DNA from: Podarcis erhardii
Taxonomy: Eukaryota
Strand: one strand, 5' to 3'
Assembly (NCBI GenBank): GCA_964252035.1
Contig: OZ176214.1
DNA length: 64,000 bases
Shown: positions 37,620 to 50,981 of the stretch, piece after piece
How the letters are laid out: every line of letters starts with the position of its first letter
How positions within the stretch are numbered: the first letter of the stretch is position 1
Position numbers and translations under genes: made by a program
The notes under the pieces: generated by a model
Seen by the model: the letters and a program-made list of their open reading frames with translations, nothing else
Databases searched by the model: none
Told to the model about the DNA's origin: nothing

Positions 37620-37780
37620 GAGTGATACTTAATTGCTCTGGGAATTGTAGCTCTGTGTGGGGAATAGGCACTTGCTAACAACTCTCAGCATCCTTAACAA
37701 ATTATACTTCCCGGGATTATTTAGGGAGAGCCGTGACTATTTAAAAAGTATCAGAATGCTTTAAATGTATGGTGTGAATG
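37620..37780. mobile_element. Old MITE-like family (related copies ~41540-41712, ~48575-48790, ~51110-51280)
   Basis: Shared gaattgtagctct...caactctcagca(c)ccttaacaaact core and tttaaatgtatg termini. Confidence 0.45.
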
Positions 37781-40774
37781 TGTCCATAGTGTCTGGACTT
37801 GTATAACTGCAGCTTGCATATGGGAGACTCCTAGATTTAGGGTGGCCATTTGCAAGCTGCCCCAAAAGATGGACAAAATAAGGTGCATGTTAGCATGTCA
37901 TTTGCATATGGCATTTTATATTTATTGATTCAAAAGCTGTAAATCTGTACTTTTGATAGAAGTAAGATAGAATTATAATGCATAAATTTGCCTCAACACA
38001 TTCCAAAGCTGGCAGCCAAGCACTGCAATCTGCAGTGGCTGAAAAATTCCATAAATGGTGAGATAAACTGTGTGAAGAAACATTTCCTCTTTCAGTCCTA
38101 TTTTCCATCTCAGCTAATTAATCAGTTTAGCCATGTAGTCCAACAGAGAGACTTCACACATTTGGATGAAATGAATTAAGCTCTGAGTTGTGAAGAGCTA
38201 AATACATGCATGTGTGAAAAGTCATCAGAGGTGAACAGGATGGCTGTGTCCTATATCTCTACTATCAGAGGCAGTTTGCATCTGAATGCCAGGTGCTGGG
38301 AAGCACAAGCTTGGAGAATACTATTGAACTCAGGTCCATGGTTTTGGGCTTCCCATAGACATGTGAGAACAAGATGCCAGTGGCCTGACCCAGCAGGTTA
38401 CTTATGTTCTTAGCGTCCTGTGCTAAGCATGAGCAAAAACCAAATGAACACCTGAGGGGTGCCAAAGAAATCACAAGTCCACAGTCCACCCAACAGCCAA
38501 TTTGACGAATTCAGATGCTTGTCTAAACGTGTGCCAACTTCAGCAACCTATTTCTGAAGACATTATTTTATCTCTACCTCCAAGGTCTTGACTGAAAGCA
38601 AGGTGTGCGTCCTCTTCTTTTAGACACATCAATGCAGAAAATATCTTCATTTTGTTCTTCCAGAATTTTTTAACAGTAAAACAGTGGCCCACGGGGAGCT
38701 CAAGACTGGAACTTCTTCACCAAACCGATGGCAAATTTTTTTGTGTGTGTGTGCACGCACGCTTCATCTTACAGTCATGCTGAACTGCAGAGAAGTTTTG
38801 CTTCCAGGATTCAAGACCCTAGCCTGACCTCAGTTGAATTTAAATGGCAGTCTTAAGGAGATGAGAGGCTGGTGCATTCAGCAAATAGATCACTAGATGC
38901 CCGCAGTCTCCTTTTGAAACTTCGCTGTGAACTGCCTTAGTTTTAGCATCTTTCAAGTGCCTTAATAAGCTGCATAGCTCAGCTCGGCCTTGAAATATCA
39001 CCATCTGAAGGTTTGCACCTAACTCTCTGGGACAAAGGCAGATGTTATGCTCTCTTCACTCTGCAAGAACTCTGGCTTCCCCTTACCTGTTATACCGAAG
39101 TTCAGAGTTACAGCTGAACTCTACCCCAATATTAAAAATAGGCTTCTACGGCTGAAAGGAAAGCTCTCCAAGATTTTTTTTTTTAAAAAAAAGATTCCAT
39201 TCAAAAGACAAAGCCCAACTGATGATCAAAAGGAGAATTTTTCAGAGTTATGTGGCAGCTTTTTAATTAAAAAGAGGTTTCACATACGCTGCTGCTACTG
39301 TGTATGTTTTCCAACTAATCTGCAAAGTTTATAACAAAAAGTGGCTACATTTGAGGCTTTTTCTTTTTTAGCTTAGAAAATTGTGAATAAGAGGGGAGAC
39401 ATTGTATGTGTTTCATCCAGTGACACTGAGTAGAGGAATATTCAGGTCAGAATTCACACATCACATGGATGTAGTGAGGGACACCAACTGGATAACTTTT
39501 AAAGGGAATTAGACAAATTCAGGAAGGATAAGGCTTATCACTGGCTACTAGCCACAATTCTGATAGAACAGTTATGCATCAGCTCTATGTTTTGGCTGGG
39601 AAATGAGACAAACTGAGGTGAATCAGGGTCTTGCCAACTCCCTCAGAGTCAGATCAGGGACCTTGCTATCTTCTGACAGGTCAGAGCAAATATTCATGTG
39701 GTCCAGCACCTTTTTCTAAGAAGGGCCAGCCTGAAGCTTACAAAAATGGGGACTGGAAAATTATGGGTCAAGTAGTCCTATTTGACTCAATATATCACGT
39801 CATCCTCTGATGTATTAATCAGGGAAATCCCACTCATGTCACTCCCCCAACCCTACAAATGTCAACAACTTTCCCTGACAAGTAATTGATGCAGAAACCC
39901 TGGGGAAGTACAATGTTTGAAAATGTAGCATTAACCACTTCTAATTCAACTGCTTATGTAGTCTTTTCTTTGAAAGGAAAAGGGCATTTCAAACACACAC
40001 AAGAGAGTGGGTAATGACAGATGAAACATTTCCCCAAAGACTGAAGCCAGCTATGGTATGTAGATGAGGTAGCATTCAAGATGATGCCAACTGCCTGCAG
40101 AAACCAATGTCTGGGAGGCCAATGTCTGGGAGGCAGGAAACCCAAGTTGGTCTTGTTCAACTAATGTTTTACTCCATTATCTGAGAGCTGACATCTTTTC
40201 AGTAATTGCTGCAGATGATCCCACCTCTGGTGTAATTAAAAAATGATTACTTAGAGAATGGAGTGAGCCAAGCTCATCCTTGTTCTCCATTTAGGCCAAA
40301 GCCAACGAAAAAAGTTGTCAAGGAAAATAAATGCCTTGCATTAGGAAGCAAAAAGCTGTGGTGAAGGGATGGGGGTTATATAAGAAGGCAGGTAATTTGA
40401 CAGGCAAACACAGCCTTGGAATTAGTTCAATATGCTCAATATGGCCACGGCCATGTGAAGTAATATCAGACAGATGGGGATGACGGGCTCTGTACTTCCA
40501 ATGCCTTTACATTAGTGAGCCAGTACTTAAAAAACAAACCTCAGATCACTGTTGGCTCCCTTCCCGGGGAGAGCAAGAGAGGAGAAGAGAAATAGCAGTT
40601 AATACTCCAACAAAGCTATATAGTTTGCAAAAATGAAAACAAAGTCCCAGAGTATGGTATGAAGGCACGCAAGGACAATGTTGGGCTGCATTCGGGGAGT
40701 ACTTCATTCCATTTTGCTAGCATTTTCTTACCCAGTAATTTCCAAATTTCATTTATATATGTATATGTTTATAA

Positions 40775-41124
40775 TGGGACACAGGTGGGTTAGACCACAG
40801 AGCCTAGGACTTGCCAATCATAAGGTCAGCGGTTCAAATCCCCATGACTGGGTGAGCTCCCGTTGCTCAGTCCCTGCTCCTGCCAATCTAGCAGTTCGAA
40901 AGCATGTCAAGGTGCAAGTAGATAAATAGGTACCGCTCCAGTGGGAAGGTAAATGGCGTTTCTGTGAGCTGCTTTGGTTCGCCAGAAATGGCTTAGTCAT
41001 GCTGGCCACATGACCCGGAAGCTGTACGCCAGCTCCCTCAGCCAGTAAAACGAGATGAGCGCCGCAATGCCAGAGTCGGTCACGACTGGACCTAATGGTC
41101 AGGGGTCCCTTTACCTTTACTTTT
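40775..41124 (+). mobile_element. Sauria SINE
   Basis: Head gggacacaggtgg, tail ctttacctttac; 11-bp TSD tatgtttataa at 40764-40774 and 41125-41135. Confidence 0.92.
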
Positions 41125-41289
41125 TATGTTTATAACAACACAAATGTGGCCTAGTGGATGTTTAGTGCCCATTTCCATATTAATTGTTTCCAGAAACAAT
41201 CTGTTTGCAACACTGTTAACTCGGAAAATCATGGAAGTTTTGTGTTGTAATTTCATGTGATGAAATGTGTGGCCGTATCTTGGCAGATC

Positions 41290-41482
41290 AGCTGATAAGC
41301 GGCTTAACGGCTTAGGAAAAGGGGGGGAGGGGAAAAAACCCCGCAGGAACTCGCAAGACATTTTCGTCTTACGAAGCAAGCCCATAGGGAAATTCGTTTT
41401 GCAAAGCGCCTCCAAAACGGAAAACCCTTTCGTCTAGCGGGTTTTCCGTCTTGCGAGGTGTTTGTCTTGCGGGGCACCACTG
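41290..41482. mobile_element. Tigger-like MITE, one end only
   Basis: gtcttgcgaggtgtttgtcttgcggggcaccactg followed by TA; left TIR not found. Confidence 0.55.
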
Positions 41483-41939
41483 TAGTTTGTTAAGAGCATC
41501 AAGAGGAGGTCTCAATCCCTCTCAAAGAGCTACAGTAACCAGAGCTCCCTGTGAGATTGCTAAATCACTCTGGAAATTTTAGCTCTGGGAGATGAATCGG
41601 AGGTATCCTAACAATTTTCAGCACCCTTAACAAACTTAGGATTCCAGAATTCTCTGAGGGATACTATGACCGTTTACAGTATCATAGTGGTTTAAATGTA
41701 TGAAGAGAATGTGGCCCTTGTGTCCAACAGTTTGGAACCTCCGTTGCTGGTCTGATCTAAAGAAGCCTCAGGAAGGAGTGACCTCATGATGCCTTACTTT
41801 GGGTTTTACTTGAAATCTGAGACAGTGTCAAGTACAGACTACTGGTGAGATGGTTTACAGAATGAAAGAAAGAACATTCACAAACAGCCTTCAGCCACCA
41901 CAAATAGGAAAGTAAGCATAACAACAATAAAGACGGTAA

Positions 41940-42370
41940 TGGGATACCTTGTTTTGTCCCACAGCTAAACTGACATTTTTATGAATCTGTATTATTTATC
42001 CTAATTTTACCATACATAATATCATAAACATTTTCCATTTTTTTTCCTGACAAATTTATGGCCAAATCATTTTTTAATCACCCTGATTAAATACTTTTGG
42101 TTCCATGCAGTCAAATCCTTTAAATATATCTAATGATAAACTTGCTCTTGGTGACGTACTCTGTTTACTATGGTATACTATGTTTAATAATTTCCTAATT
42201 GAGTCCATGATTTTATGCCCCAGGGCAAACCCAGCTTGATCCAGATGAATGTATTTCCCGATAAATGTTTTCAGTCTATTAACCATCACTGCTGTGAAAA
42301 TTTTTGTAATCTAATTGATCTTCTTTTTGTTAGCACCCGTCTGTCTCAGGAGGCAATGGAGGAATGTGCC
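41940..42370 (-). mobile_element. Decayed L1-clade RT fragment
   Basis: VNRLKTFIGKYIHLDQAGF...IRKLLNIV...LSLDIFKGFD (L1 RT domains). Confidence 0.7.
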
Positions 42371-42379
42371 TTTGGGGGT

Positions 42380-42810
42380 GAAGTCAAACTGTTGGAAGGT
42401 TACAGCTCCCGCTGTGGCTGTAGAGACCGATACAGGAGTGACATGTGTTGTTGCAGTTGGGGCAGATGAAGGTATCTGGTTGTGCTGATGCAGAAGCACC
42501 AAGGAGTTTCTTCTCTCTGTGCTCCTCCCAGTGGTCATTCCTCTTCTGGTCAATGCTATGGATGCATGGCCTGGCTGTCTTCAGGCACTGCAGTCGTATG
42601 CAAGGGATACCCCACAGGGTGGGGGTTAATGTTGCCAGTCTTCGTGTCGCATTTGCAAACATCTTTGAAGTACAGAAGTGCTCTGCCCACAGTTCTCGTG
42701 CCTGAAGCCAGCTCCCCACCCTCCCCAAACACACTATAGAGCATGTCATTGGGGATCCTGCCCCCTCCCATTCTGTGGATATAGTTATAGAAAATGACAC
42801 ATTTGTCATT
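42380..42810 (-). mobile_element. RTE/Expander-like LINE 3' fragment
   Basis: HRMGGGRIPNDMLY...ELASGTR...FKDVCK and C-terminal FICPNCNNTCHSCIGLYSH. Confidence 0.7.
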
Positions 42811-43419
42811 CCTGGTTTCAGAATAGAGTAAAAACACATTGAAATGATACATTTGCAATTTAAAAACTAACTACCATTTAGATATGTGAGATTAGCAATC
42901 CCTCGCCTTATTTTCCTCCAGTTCCAATGTATTTCTGTGAAATACATGAAAATGGATATCTCCTGTTCAAACAGCCATTGATACATTTGGCTACAGGAAT
43001 ATGAATTTCAGAAAGCTAGTATCTTCTTCCTCTGACAAAATGTGCACATACCAACCTCAGGGTGGACAGCTGTTTGACATTCATATAGTTGGGATCTCTG
43101 CCAGTGAACAAACATGGACTCTTGTATGACAAGCCTGGTGACCATCTGCTCAAACGACTTCCTGCTGTTTCCTATTGGATCACACCTATTTGGCTATACC
43201 TTTGTCAGGAAACTGCATTGGTTGGTAATGTTCACAGATGACAGCTGGGTGTTTCATTTGTGAGAGATACAACAATCTACGGTGTAAGCCCAAACTATCG
43301 AGAATTTGAGGAAATATATGTGTCTCTATCTGTGTGTGTGTGTGCATACATTGCAACCTGATTAATATGGTTTAAACAAATACACATTGCAAGGAGAGAA
43401 TTAGCTGTATCTTAGAAAT

Positions 43420-43565
43420 AGAATGCATGCTTTGCACACAAGAAGTCCCTGGTTAAACTCCTGGCATCACTACAAAAGTCTGGGAAATGTCCCTGTCTGA
43501 AATCCAGGAGATTCAATGGCAGTCAGACAGATCAATTATCTCACTTGGTATAAGGCAGCTCCCTA
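43420..43565 (+). mobile_element. Squam3-like SINE
   Basis: gcatgctttgcacacaagaagtccctggtt...cctgtctgaaatcc...ataaggcagctccct. Confidence 0.55.
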
Positions 43566-43844
43566 AATTGTTGTGATTAAATGACCAATTAATTGATTAA
43601 ATTTAGATATGTGTAAAAACAATACATCTGAAGGAAGAGGTATTCTTTGCTTTTAGATAATTCACACATGTGTCATCTCTTCCTTTGTGTAAGAATAGAG
43701 AAAAATGCAGCTTTTACAATTCTGCCTGCCATCTGAATCATTTATTTTGGAGATTTTTTAATAGCACCATTAACTGGGGGAACCTTTTCACTGATTAATT
43801 TTAATCCATTAATCCAATGGATTAATCAATTTAACATTGCAGAA

Positions 43845-43904
43845 GATGATAGATAGATGATAGATAGATGATAGATAGATGATAGATAGATGATAGATAG
43901 ATAG
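43845..43904. repeat. GATA-type tandem repeat (gatagatagat units)
   Basis: Seen directly. Confidence 0.9.
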
Positions 43905-44725
43905 AGAATAGAATTTAGAGACAGCCCTACTGGGAAACTGAAACATTAAAGATGTTAAGTATTTACTGAAACATACGCTGATGGTATTGCTCTATGTGTA
44001 ATGCTCCTTACAATACATGCTGCTGAATTTATGGCTAGAGAAAACTTTGTAGTTATTTATAAGTCTAATCCATAGGTGAGGAACCCCCAGGCCAGGAGTG
44101 AAATGCAACCCTTCAGGTGTCCCTTATCTGACCCTCAGTATTCTATCCAGATTACATCCCTTTGCATGCTGCACACCTCACTAGTCCTGCTCCACCCCTT
44201 CCTTGGATGTTTTTGCCTGACTGAAATGTGTCCTTGAGCTGTGATAATACCTCTTACATGTCTGGATGGAGAGATGTGTCTGTGCAAAATTCATAGTTTA
44301 AATGTAGCCTATTCTATAAGCCACCCACTTTTTTGGCACTGGTCATGGCCCCCAGAAGGTTGCCCATGAGGGAATATGACTTTCTGGCTGGAAAAAGTGA
44401 TCCACATCCCTAGTCTACTCTAACTGCCCCCTTCCTTTGCTTTGTGACCATTTTTTCACAAGGGCTACTTCACCCTTGGGAGCAGACCATTCTACTGTCT
44501 TGTTCCTGCAAAATAGAGCCTCAATCTTGGCTGAAGAACTGTGGCAACTGCCTTGAAAATGGGATAGATACTTCTATGTGCAAAGAAGTGTAAAAATAAT
44601 AATAATGGGGAGAGGGAGAGACTACAAGAAACTGCTCTGTTTCTTGTTAGTGGATCATCTCATTGGTTTCTTGATTGGACTCTGCCTTATCTATTTTCAT
44701 TAAACTTCCTTACCTTCTTCCAATA

Positions 44726-44964
44726 CCGTGGTACCTCGGGTTTAGAACTTAATTTGTTCTGGAGGTCCGTTCTCAACCTGAAACTGTTCTTAACCCGAGG
44801 TACCACTTTACCTAATGGGGCCTCCCGCTGCCGCTGTGCCACCGCAAGATTTCTGTTCTCAACCTGAAGCAAAGTTCTTAACCCGAGGTCCTATTTCTGG
44901 GTTAGCAGAGTCTGTAACCTGAAGCATCTGCAACCTGAAGCGTCTATAACCCGAGGTACCACTG
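44726..44964. mobile_element. Tigger-like Tc1/mariner MITE (239 bp)
   Basis: TIR ccgtggtacctcggg / cccgaggtaccactg with TA on both sides. Confidence 0.88.
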
Positions 44965-46654
44965 TAAATCTATTTCATTGGCCTGGTATCTGTTCCAATC
45001 AGGCTCTCAGGCTTTCAGGCTCTCAGGATCCAGGGGATCCTGGAGGAAAGCAGGCCAAAAACATAAGAATGCAAGAAGCTGTCAAACACTTAGAAATACT
45101 AGCTCAGTACTGTGGACATTATGCTGGAGATACCAGCAACTGACCTGGGACCTTCTTCATGCGAAGCAGATGTTTTACCACTGAGGAGATGAGTTGAGCT
45201 TGCCAGCCTAAAGAAGGCCCCCAAAGGCCTGAGCTCATTGCTGAGATGACCTAGGCAGGCTACTGGGAGCTGTGCAGGGTCCTGACTATCTAGAGATGAC
45301 TAACCCGAACCTTTGCTTGTATTTGCCTTGATCTGTTTCTTGCTTTCACTTCCCCAGCAAGTTTAAAGCCCTGGCAAAACAGGATACCTTGTCATTCTAA
45401 CCCTGCCCCGATGGCACTGCTGCAGCTAGTTCTCATTGTTTCCTTATGGCCAGCATTGGAGTTATTCTGTTTGAGATAAGGACACCAGCCCTGTCCTGGG
45501 CATCAGTCACAGAGAAACAAATCCTCCATAAATATATCTTGTCCTTAAAAAAACAAAAAATCACTACTACCACTGGAGGCTGCTACTCCTTGGCATAACA
45601 TTTCTGGCATAACACTCGCTTTTCAGCTGCAATCGCTGGTGAGATTGTTAACAAATAAATACATAAAATGAAGGCTTTAAAAAAAAAAATCAGAACAGGT
45701 CTCCTTGGTAGCACTACCATGTAGAATCGTTCCATAATCGCTCTGCAGTCACTGTTGAAAGTACATGTCTCACATTGTACGTAGCATAAACCTTACCCTG
45801 TAGGTATAACAAGACTTTGACAGCTGTTAGTTAGAGGGCAGCTGGAAAACATTTTTTCAAAGCAGGGAAAGTTGCCATTGCACACCACAGCAAGCGACAC
45901 TGTCAGGCTGAGTTGTTATGACAACGTTGCAGGTGTCATAAACTTTACCTGACCTAAGCAGTCAGAGGAAATCTTGGTGGACAGCAAGACAAAAGAGGTG
46001 TAATGTAGCCCTAAAGGACAGTGTGAGGGAATGGCGCAGATGGACTCTAGAGTCAGGGAGCAGAAGGCTTGAACTGGACTCCAGCAGGTGAAGATACAAA
46101 TTTGCCGCTCTGAGGCCACTGATTGGAGAAATGAGCTGTAGTCAGTTTCAGCCAAACGCCGCAGGCTACTTTTGAAATGAGTGAGGCAAGTTAACTGCAG
46201 TCAGAGCCAGCCCAAGGCATTTTGCTACTTGAGGAGAAGTACAAGATGGTGCCTTCTTCCCAATCCACATACAGAAGCTGGCTGGCTGGCTTAGTCTCAC
46301 TTCAACACTGGTGATAGGAAAAAACATCTTCTACCACACCTGAGGCATTATGCCAGATTAGGGGCCCCAGGAGAGGTGTCAGGTAACATTGGGAAATGGA
46401 TGTCAACCTTAAGAGGAACAACTTGGGCATGTTGCTGCTGCCTCCCATCATCTGCTATAAGAGGCAGTTGCCTCAATTTGCCTAATGTTAGGGCCAGCTC
46501 TGATTGCAAATATTTTTCAAATAACTTTTGAGCAGCTAATCACTTGAATTATTGCTCAGTATTGTTTTTATATGTTTTCTGCACTAATGTTTTGCAAGAA
46601 TGCAGTATATAAACACATTTATAAATAAATAAGCAAGGCTAAACAAATTCATCT

Positions 46655-47870
46655 ATCATAGAATCATAGAACTGTAAAGTTGGAAGGGCCCAAAAGGTCA
46701 TATCACTTCTTTCTTGGCAGTTATCTTTCCATAAGAGCTGATATTGATGTCAAAATCAAGCATCGCCTGAGCTCTGTGAGTGCAGCTTTCTCCTGATTGA
46801 AGTGCAGAGCGTTTGAGGACCGGGACATTTGCAGGGAAACCAAAATGCTTGTTTACAAAGCTATCATACTATCAACCTTACTGTATGCTTGTGAAACATG
46901 GACCACTTATAAACACCATCTCCAGCTCCTTTAAATATTCCATCAATAGTGTCTCCGAAATTTTTTACACATCACTTGGGAAGACAGGCAAACTAATGCC
47001 AGTGTACTGGAAGAAGCAAAAATCACCAGTGTCAAAAGAATGATTCTTCAACATCAACATTGTTGGACTGGCCATGTTGTGCGGATGCCTGATGATCGTC
47101 TTCCAAAGCAACTACTCTATTCTGAACTTAAAAATGGAAATGCTGGTGGTCAACAAAAGAGGTTTAAAGACTGTCTCAAGGTAAATAAAAAAAAATGTAG
47201 TATAAACACCAACATCTGGGAAACAGTGGTCTGCAAGCACTCCAATTGGAGAACAGCCTTTACCAAAGGTGTCATGAGCTTTGAAGATGCTCAAACTCAG
47301 GACGAAAGGGAGAAATGTGCTAAGAGGAAGGCACACTTGGCAAACCCTCACTGTGATGAACTCCTGCCTGGAAACCTAAGTCCCCACCGTGGAAGGACAT
47401 ATGGATCCAGAACTGGACTCCACAGTTACAGACTCACTGTTAAGACCGTGTTCATGGAAGACAATCTTACTCGGCTATGAGTGATCGCCACAGAAAAAGA
47501 TAGTCCAACCACCTGCAATGCAGGAATCTCAACTAAAGCATCTATGACAGATGACCATCCAACCTCTGCTTAAAAACCTCCAAGGAAGGAGACCCTACAA
47601 CCTCATGAGGGAGTCCGTTCCACTGTACAACAGCTCTTAATGTCTCAAAGTTCTTCCTGATGTTTAGTTAGAATCTCCTTTCTTGTAACTTATAGCTTGT
47701 TCCATTTTCCATGTGACAGCCCTTTAGATATTTAAAGATGGCTATCCTATCTCTTCACAGTCGTATCTTTTGCAGGCTAAATATACCCAGCTCCTTCAAC
47801 TGTTCCTAATAAGGCTTGGTTTCTGATAATCTTGGTTACCCTCCTCTGCACATGTTCAAGCTCATCAATA
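46655..47870 (-). mobile_element. CR1 3' region interrupted by an RTE
   Basis: atcatagaatcatagaac...ggaaggg...ggtcat (46655-46700) resumes as tagtccaacc...atccaacctctgcttaaaaacctcc after 47500. Confidence 0.75.
46702..47500 (+). mobile_element. RTE-clade LINE 3' fragment, same family as 24414-25193
   Basis: WTGHVVRMPDDRLPKQLLYSELKNG...; 3' end ggaagacaatcttactcggctatgagtgatcgcc. Confidence 0.85.
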
Positions 47871-48990
47871 TTTTTTTGAGACTTGTAAGGCTGATGAGAG
47901 CCATAGCCAACTAATTGTAGTTTTGCCCCATTCTTCTTCCAGGTGAGTTGTAGTAAGGAGGTGGAAGCTGACAGGCAGGGTCACCCGTTTGATTGGCTTT
48001 AAGTAGGAATGCATACTCAGGACTGGCTGAGGTTGACAGGGCAGTGCTTCATTCACCCCAATGAACTCCACTGGCTATAGGCAAGTCATTTTATCAGTCT
48101 CAGTCCACTTGCATCCCATCTACAGTGCACAGTTAATGATACAGATCTGTATCACAGAGTTATTGTAAGGATTATGTATGTGAAGCACATTGAACGCTCA
48201 AAAGTGCTCTATAAATGCTTGATGTTGTTATGGTTAAGTTGGTATCAACTGTGTAAATCTATTTTAAAACATGCTACCACACATTATTTCTGGCTTGAAA
48301 CCCATGTTTTGCCCCAAGGTGAATTATTTGCCTGACTTAAGGTAAAGCTTAAGTCTGACAGACAAATACAGTGATGCCCGAGGCACTGGTACCATTCCCC
48401 TAATATCTTTTTGTCACTTCACGCTAACATGTTACAGTTGTTTGGAAGGAGCAGCTATTATGCACTTTGACAATAATTTTCTTTCGCTCATTACAAGCCC
48501 TTATAGGGACCTGTGATAAGGGTGGTTTTGAAACTTATTTGTGCCTACTCTTGCCAAATAAAAACTTACATTTAAAGCACTATGATTACCATTTTAAACA
48601 GTCATGACCTCCCCCAAAGCATCCTGGGTACTGTAGTTTGTTAAGGGTACTGAGAGTTTTTAGGAGACCCCTTATTCCCTTAACAGATCTGCAGAGTTCC
48701 TAGAGTGGTTTAACAGTCAATCTTTCTTGGCAGGGAATTCTGGAAATTAAAACTCTGTGGAGAAATAGGGGTCTCCTAACAACTCTCAACATCAGATCAA
48801 ACAGCAACTATACTGCTATAAGTGGCCAGTGTAGAAGGGCCTTAAGAGGCAACAAAAGGACCATGTTTACCCCCATTTTATCCTCATCACAACTCCATGA
48901 GGCAAGTGTGCTTACTACATTCCACCTTCCTTCCAAGGAGCTCAAGACAGAATGAATGCCCTATTTTATCCTCAAAACCAACCCTGTGTT

Positions 48991-48998
48991 GTCACTTC

Positions 48999-49041
<43 letters not shown>

Positions 49042-50135
49042 TATTATTTATACCCTGCCCATCTGGCTAAGTTTCCCCAGCCACTCTGGGCGGCTTCCAA
49101 TCAAGTGTTAAAAAAATACAGCATTAAATATTCAAAACTTCCCTAAACAGGACTGCCTTCAGGTGTCTTTTTAAAATAGGATAGCTGCTTATTTCCTTCA
49201 CATCTGAAGGGAGGGCGTTCCACAGGGCAGGCGCCACTACCGAGAAGGGCCTCTGTCTGGTTCCCTGTAACCTCACTTCTCGCAATGAGGGAACTGCCAG
49301 AAGGCCCTCGGCGCTGGATCTCAGTGTCCGGGCTGAATGATGGGGGTGGAGCTGCTCCTTCAAGTATAATGGGCCGAGGCCATTTAGGGCTTTAAAGGTC
49401 AGCACCAACACTTTGAATTGTGCTCAGAAATGTACTGGGTGCCAATGTAGATCTTTCAGGACCAGTGTTATGTGGTCTCAGCGGCTACTCCCAGTCACCA
49501 ATCTAGCTGCCACATTCAGGATTGGTTGTAGTTTTCTGGTCACATTCAAAGGTAGCCCCATGTAGAGCACATTGTAGTAGTCCAAGCAGGAGATAACTAG
49601 AGCATGCACCACTCTGGCAAGGCAGTTCGCAGGCAGGTAGGGTCTCAGCCTGCATACCAGATGGAACTGGTAGATAGTCGCCCTGGACACAGAATTAACC
49701 TGTGCCTCCATGGACAGCTGTGAGTCCAAAAGGACTTCCAGGCTGCACACCTGGTCCTTCAGGGGCACAGTTACCCCATTTAGGACCAGGGATTCCCCAC
49801 ACCCGTCCACCCCCTGTCCCCCCAAAACAGTGGTACCTCGGGTTACATATGCTTCAGGTTACATACGCTAACCCAGAAATAGTACCTCAGGTTAAGAACT
49901 TTGTTTCAGGATGAGAACAGAAATTGTGTGGTGGTGGCGCAGCAGCAGTGGGAGGCCCCATTAACTAAAGTCGTGCTTCAGGTTAAGAACAGTTTTAGGT
50001 TAAGAACGGACCTCCGGAACGAATTAAGTACTTAACTCGAGGTACCACTGTACTTCTGTCTTGTAAGGATTCAACCTCAATCTGTTAGCCACCATCCATC
50101 CTCCAACCGCCTCCAGGCACTCACACAGGACCACA
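48991..50135 (-). mobile_element. L2 LINE 3' fragment with (ATC)n tail, interrupted by a MITE
   Basis: LVLTFKALNGLGPLYLKEQL; LDSQLSMEAQVNSVSR; resumes after the MITE as ECLEAVGGWMVANRLRLNP. Confidence 0.85.
49828..50050. mobile_element. Tigger-like MITE nested in L2
   Basis: TIR cagtggtacctcggg / ctcgaggtaccactg plus TA; same family as 44726, opposite orientation. Confidence 0.88.
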
Positions 50136-50928
50136 CTTAGGTTGACAGACCTTGCCTTTCCCATGAGTAAACTTCAGACTAAGTGGGGATGTGAGGGTAT
50201 CCTGTTGCTGTTGTTTTGTTTCTATTTTTTCAGCTTTGAATGTTGAGTCTTGCCATTTTTCTAGCATTCTGGGGTGAGTTGGAGGAGCACTCTGTGCATT
50301 TTCCACATAACCATCACAGCTGGGCTCTGTTAATACGAATGACAACAAATAACCTAGAAGAGAAATTATTATCCTGGCTGTGCAACATAGTTTCCTCTTG
50401 TGGCTGCTCACTCCCCCCTCACCCCCCCCCATCTTTCTTCTTCGAACCAGAGATTGCAATGCATCTCTTCCCCTTACATCCCCCCTGTTTTCTGTATGGA
50501 AAGTGCATTTTTCTTTGCTCATATGGTGGACTCTCAATCTTGTTCGCTTCTGTTTTCCTTTCCATTTCTTGATATCCTTCACGCTGTGATGCTTGTGCTT
50601 TCTGGCAGAGCGTGTATGGGCAGCTCTGCAAAAATGCGAAAACTTCACAGTAAGGAATTGCAACATACTGCCTGGGAAAATATCATTCCCACCGCAGACC
50701 ACAAGGACAACTCCTTTCAGCCCAATGGGCACATTTCAAGCCTTAATATCAAACATTGCCCCAATCTCAAGCAGGTGGCCCATATCCCCGCAGAGCCATC
50801 AATGAATTATCACCATCTGTTGGGGGATTTCTGTTGCCACTCAGTGGTCAGTTAAATGGTTATGAGAAGGAAATTACAAGAGGCTGCTTAATAGGAATAA
50901 ATGAGATAATTTCATTCAACTATTATTC

Positions 50929-50931
<3 letters not shown>

Positions 50932-50978
<47 letters not shown>
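50932..50978. repeat. (CT)n microsatellite
   Basis: Seen directly. Confidence 0.95.

Positions 50979-50981
<3 letters not shown>

Noticed and set aside
43845-43904. Regularly spaced repeats as a CRISPR-like array
   Set aside because: Simple GATA satellite with no unique spacers, in eukaryotic DNA.
50121-50855. Several overlapping ORFs up to 203 aa on both strands
   Set aside because: No recognisable domains or consistent splice signals; one end overlaps an L2.
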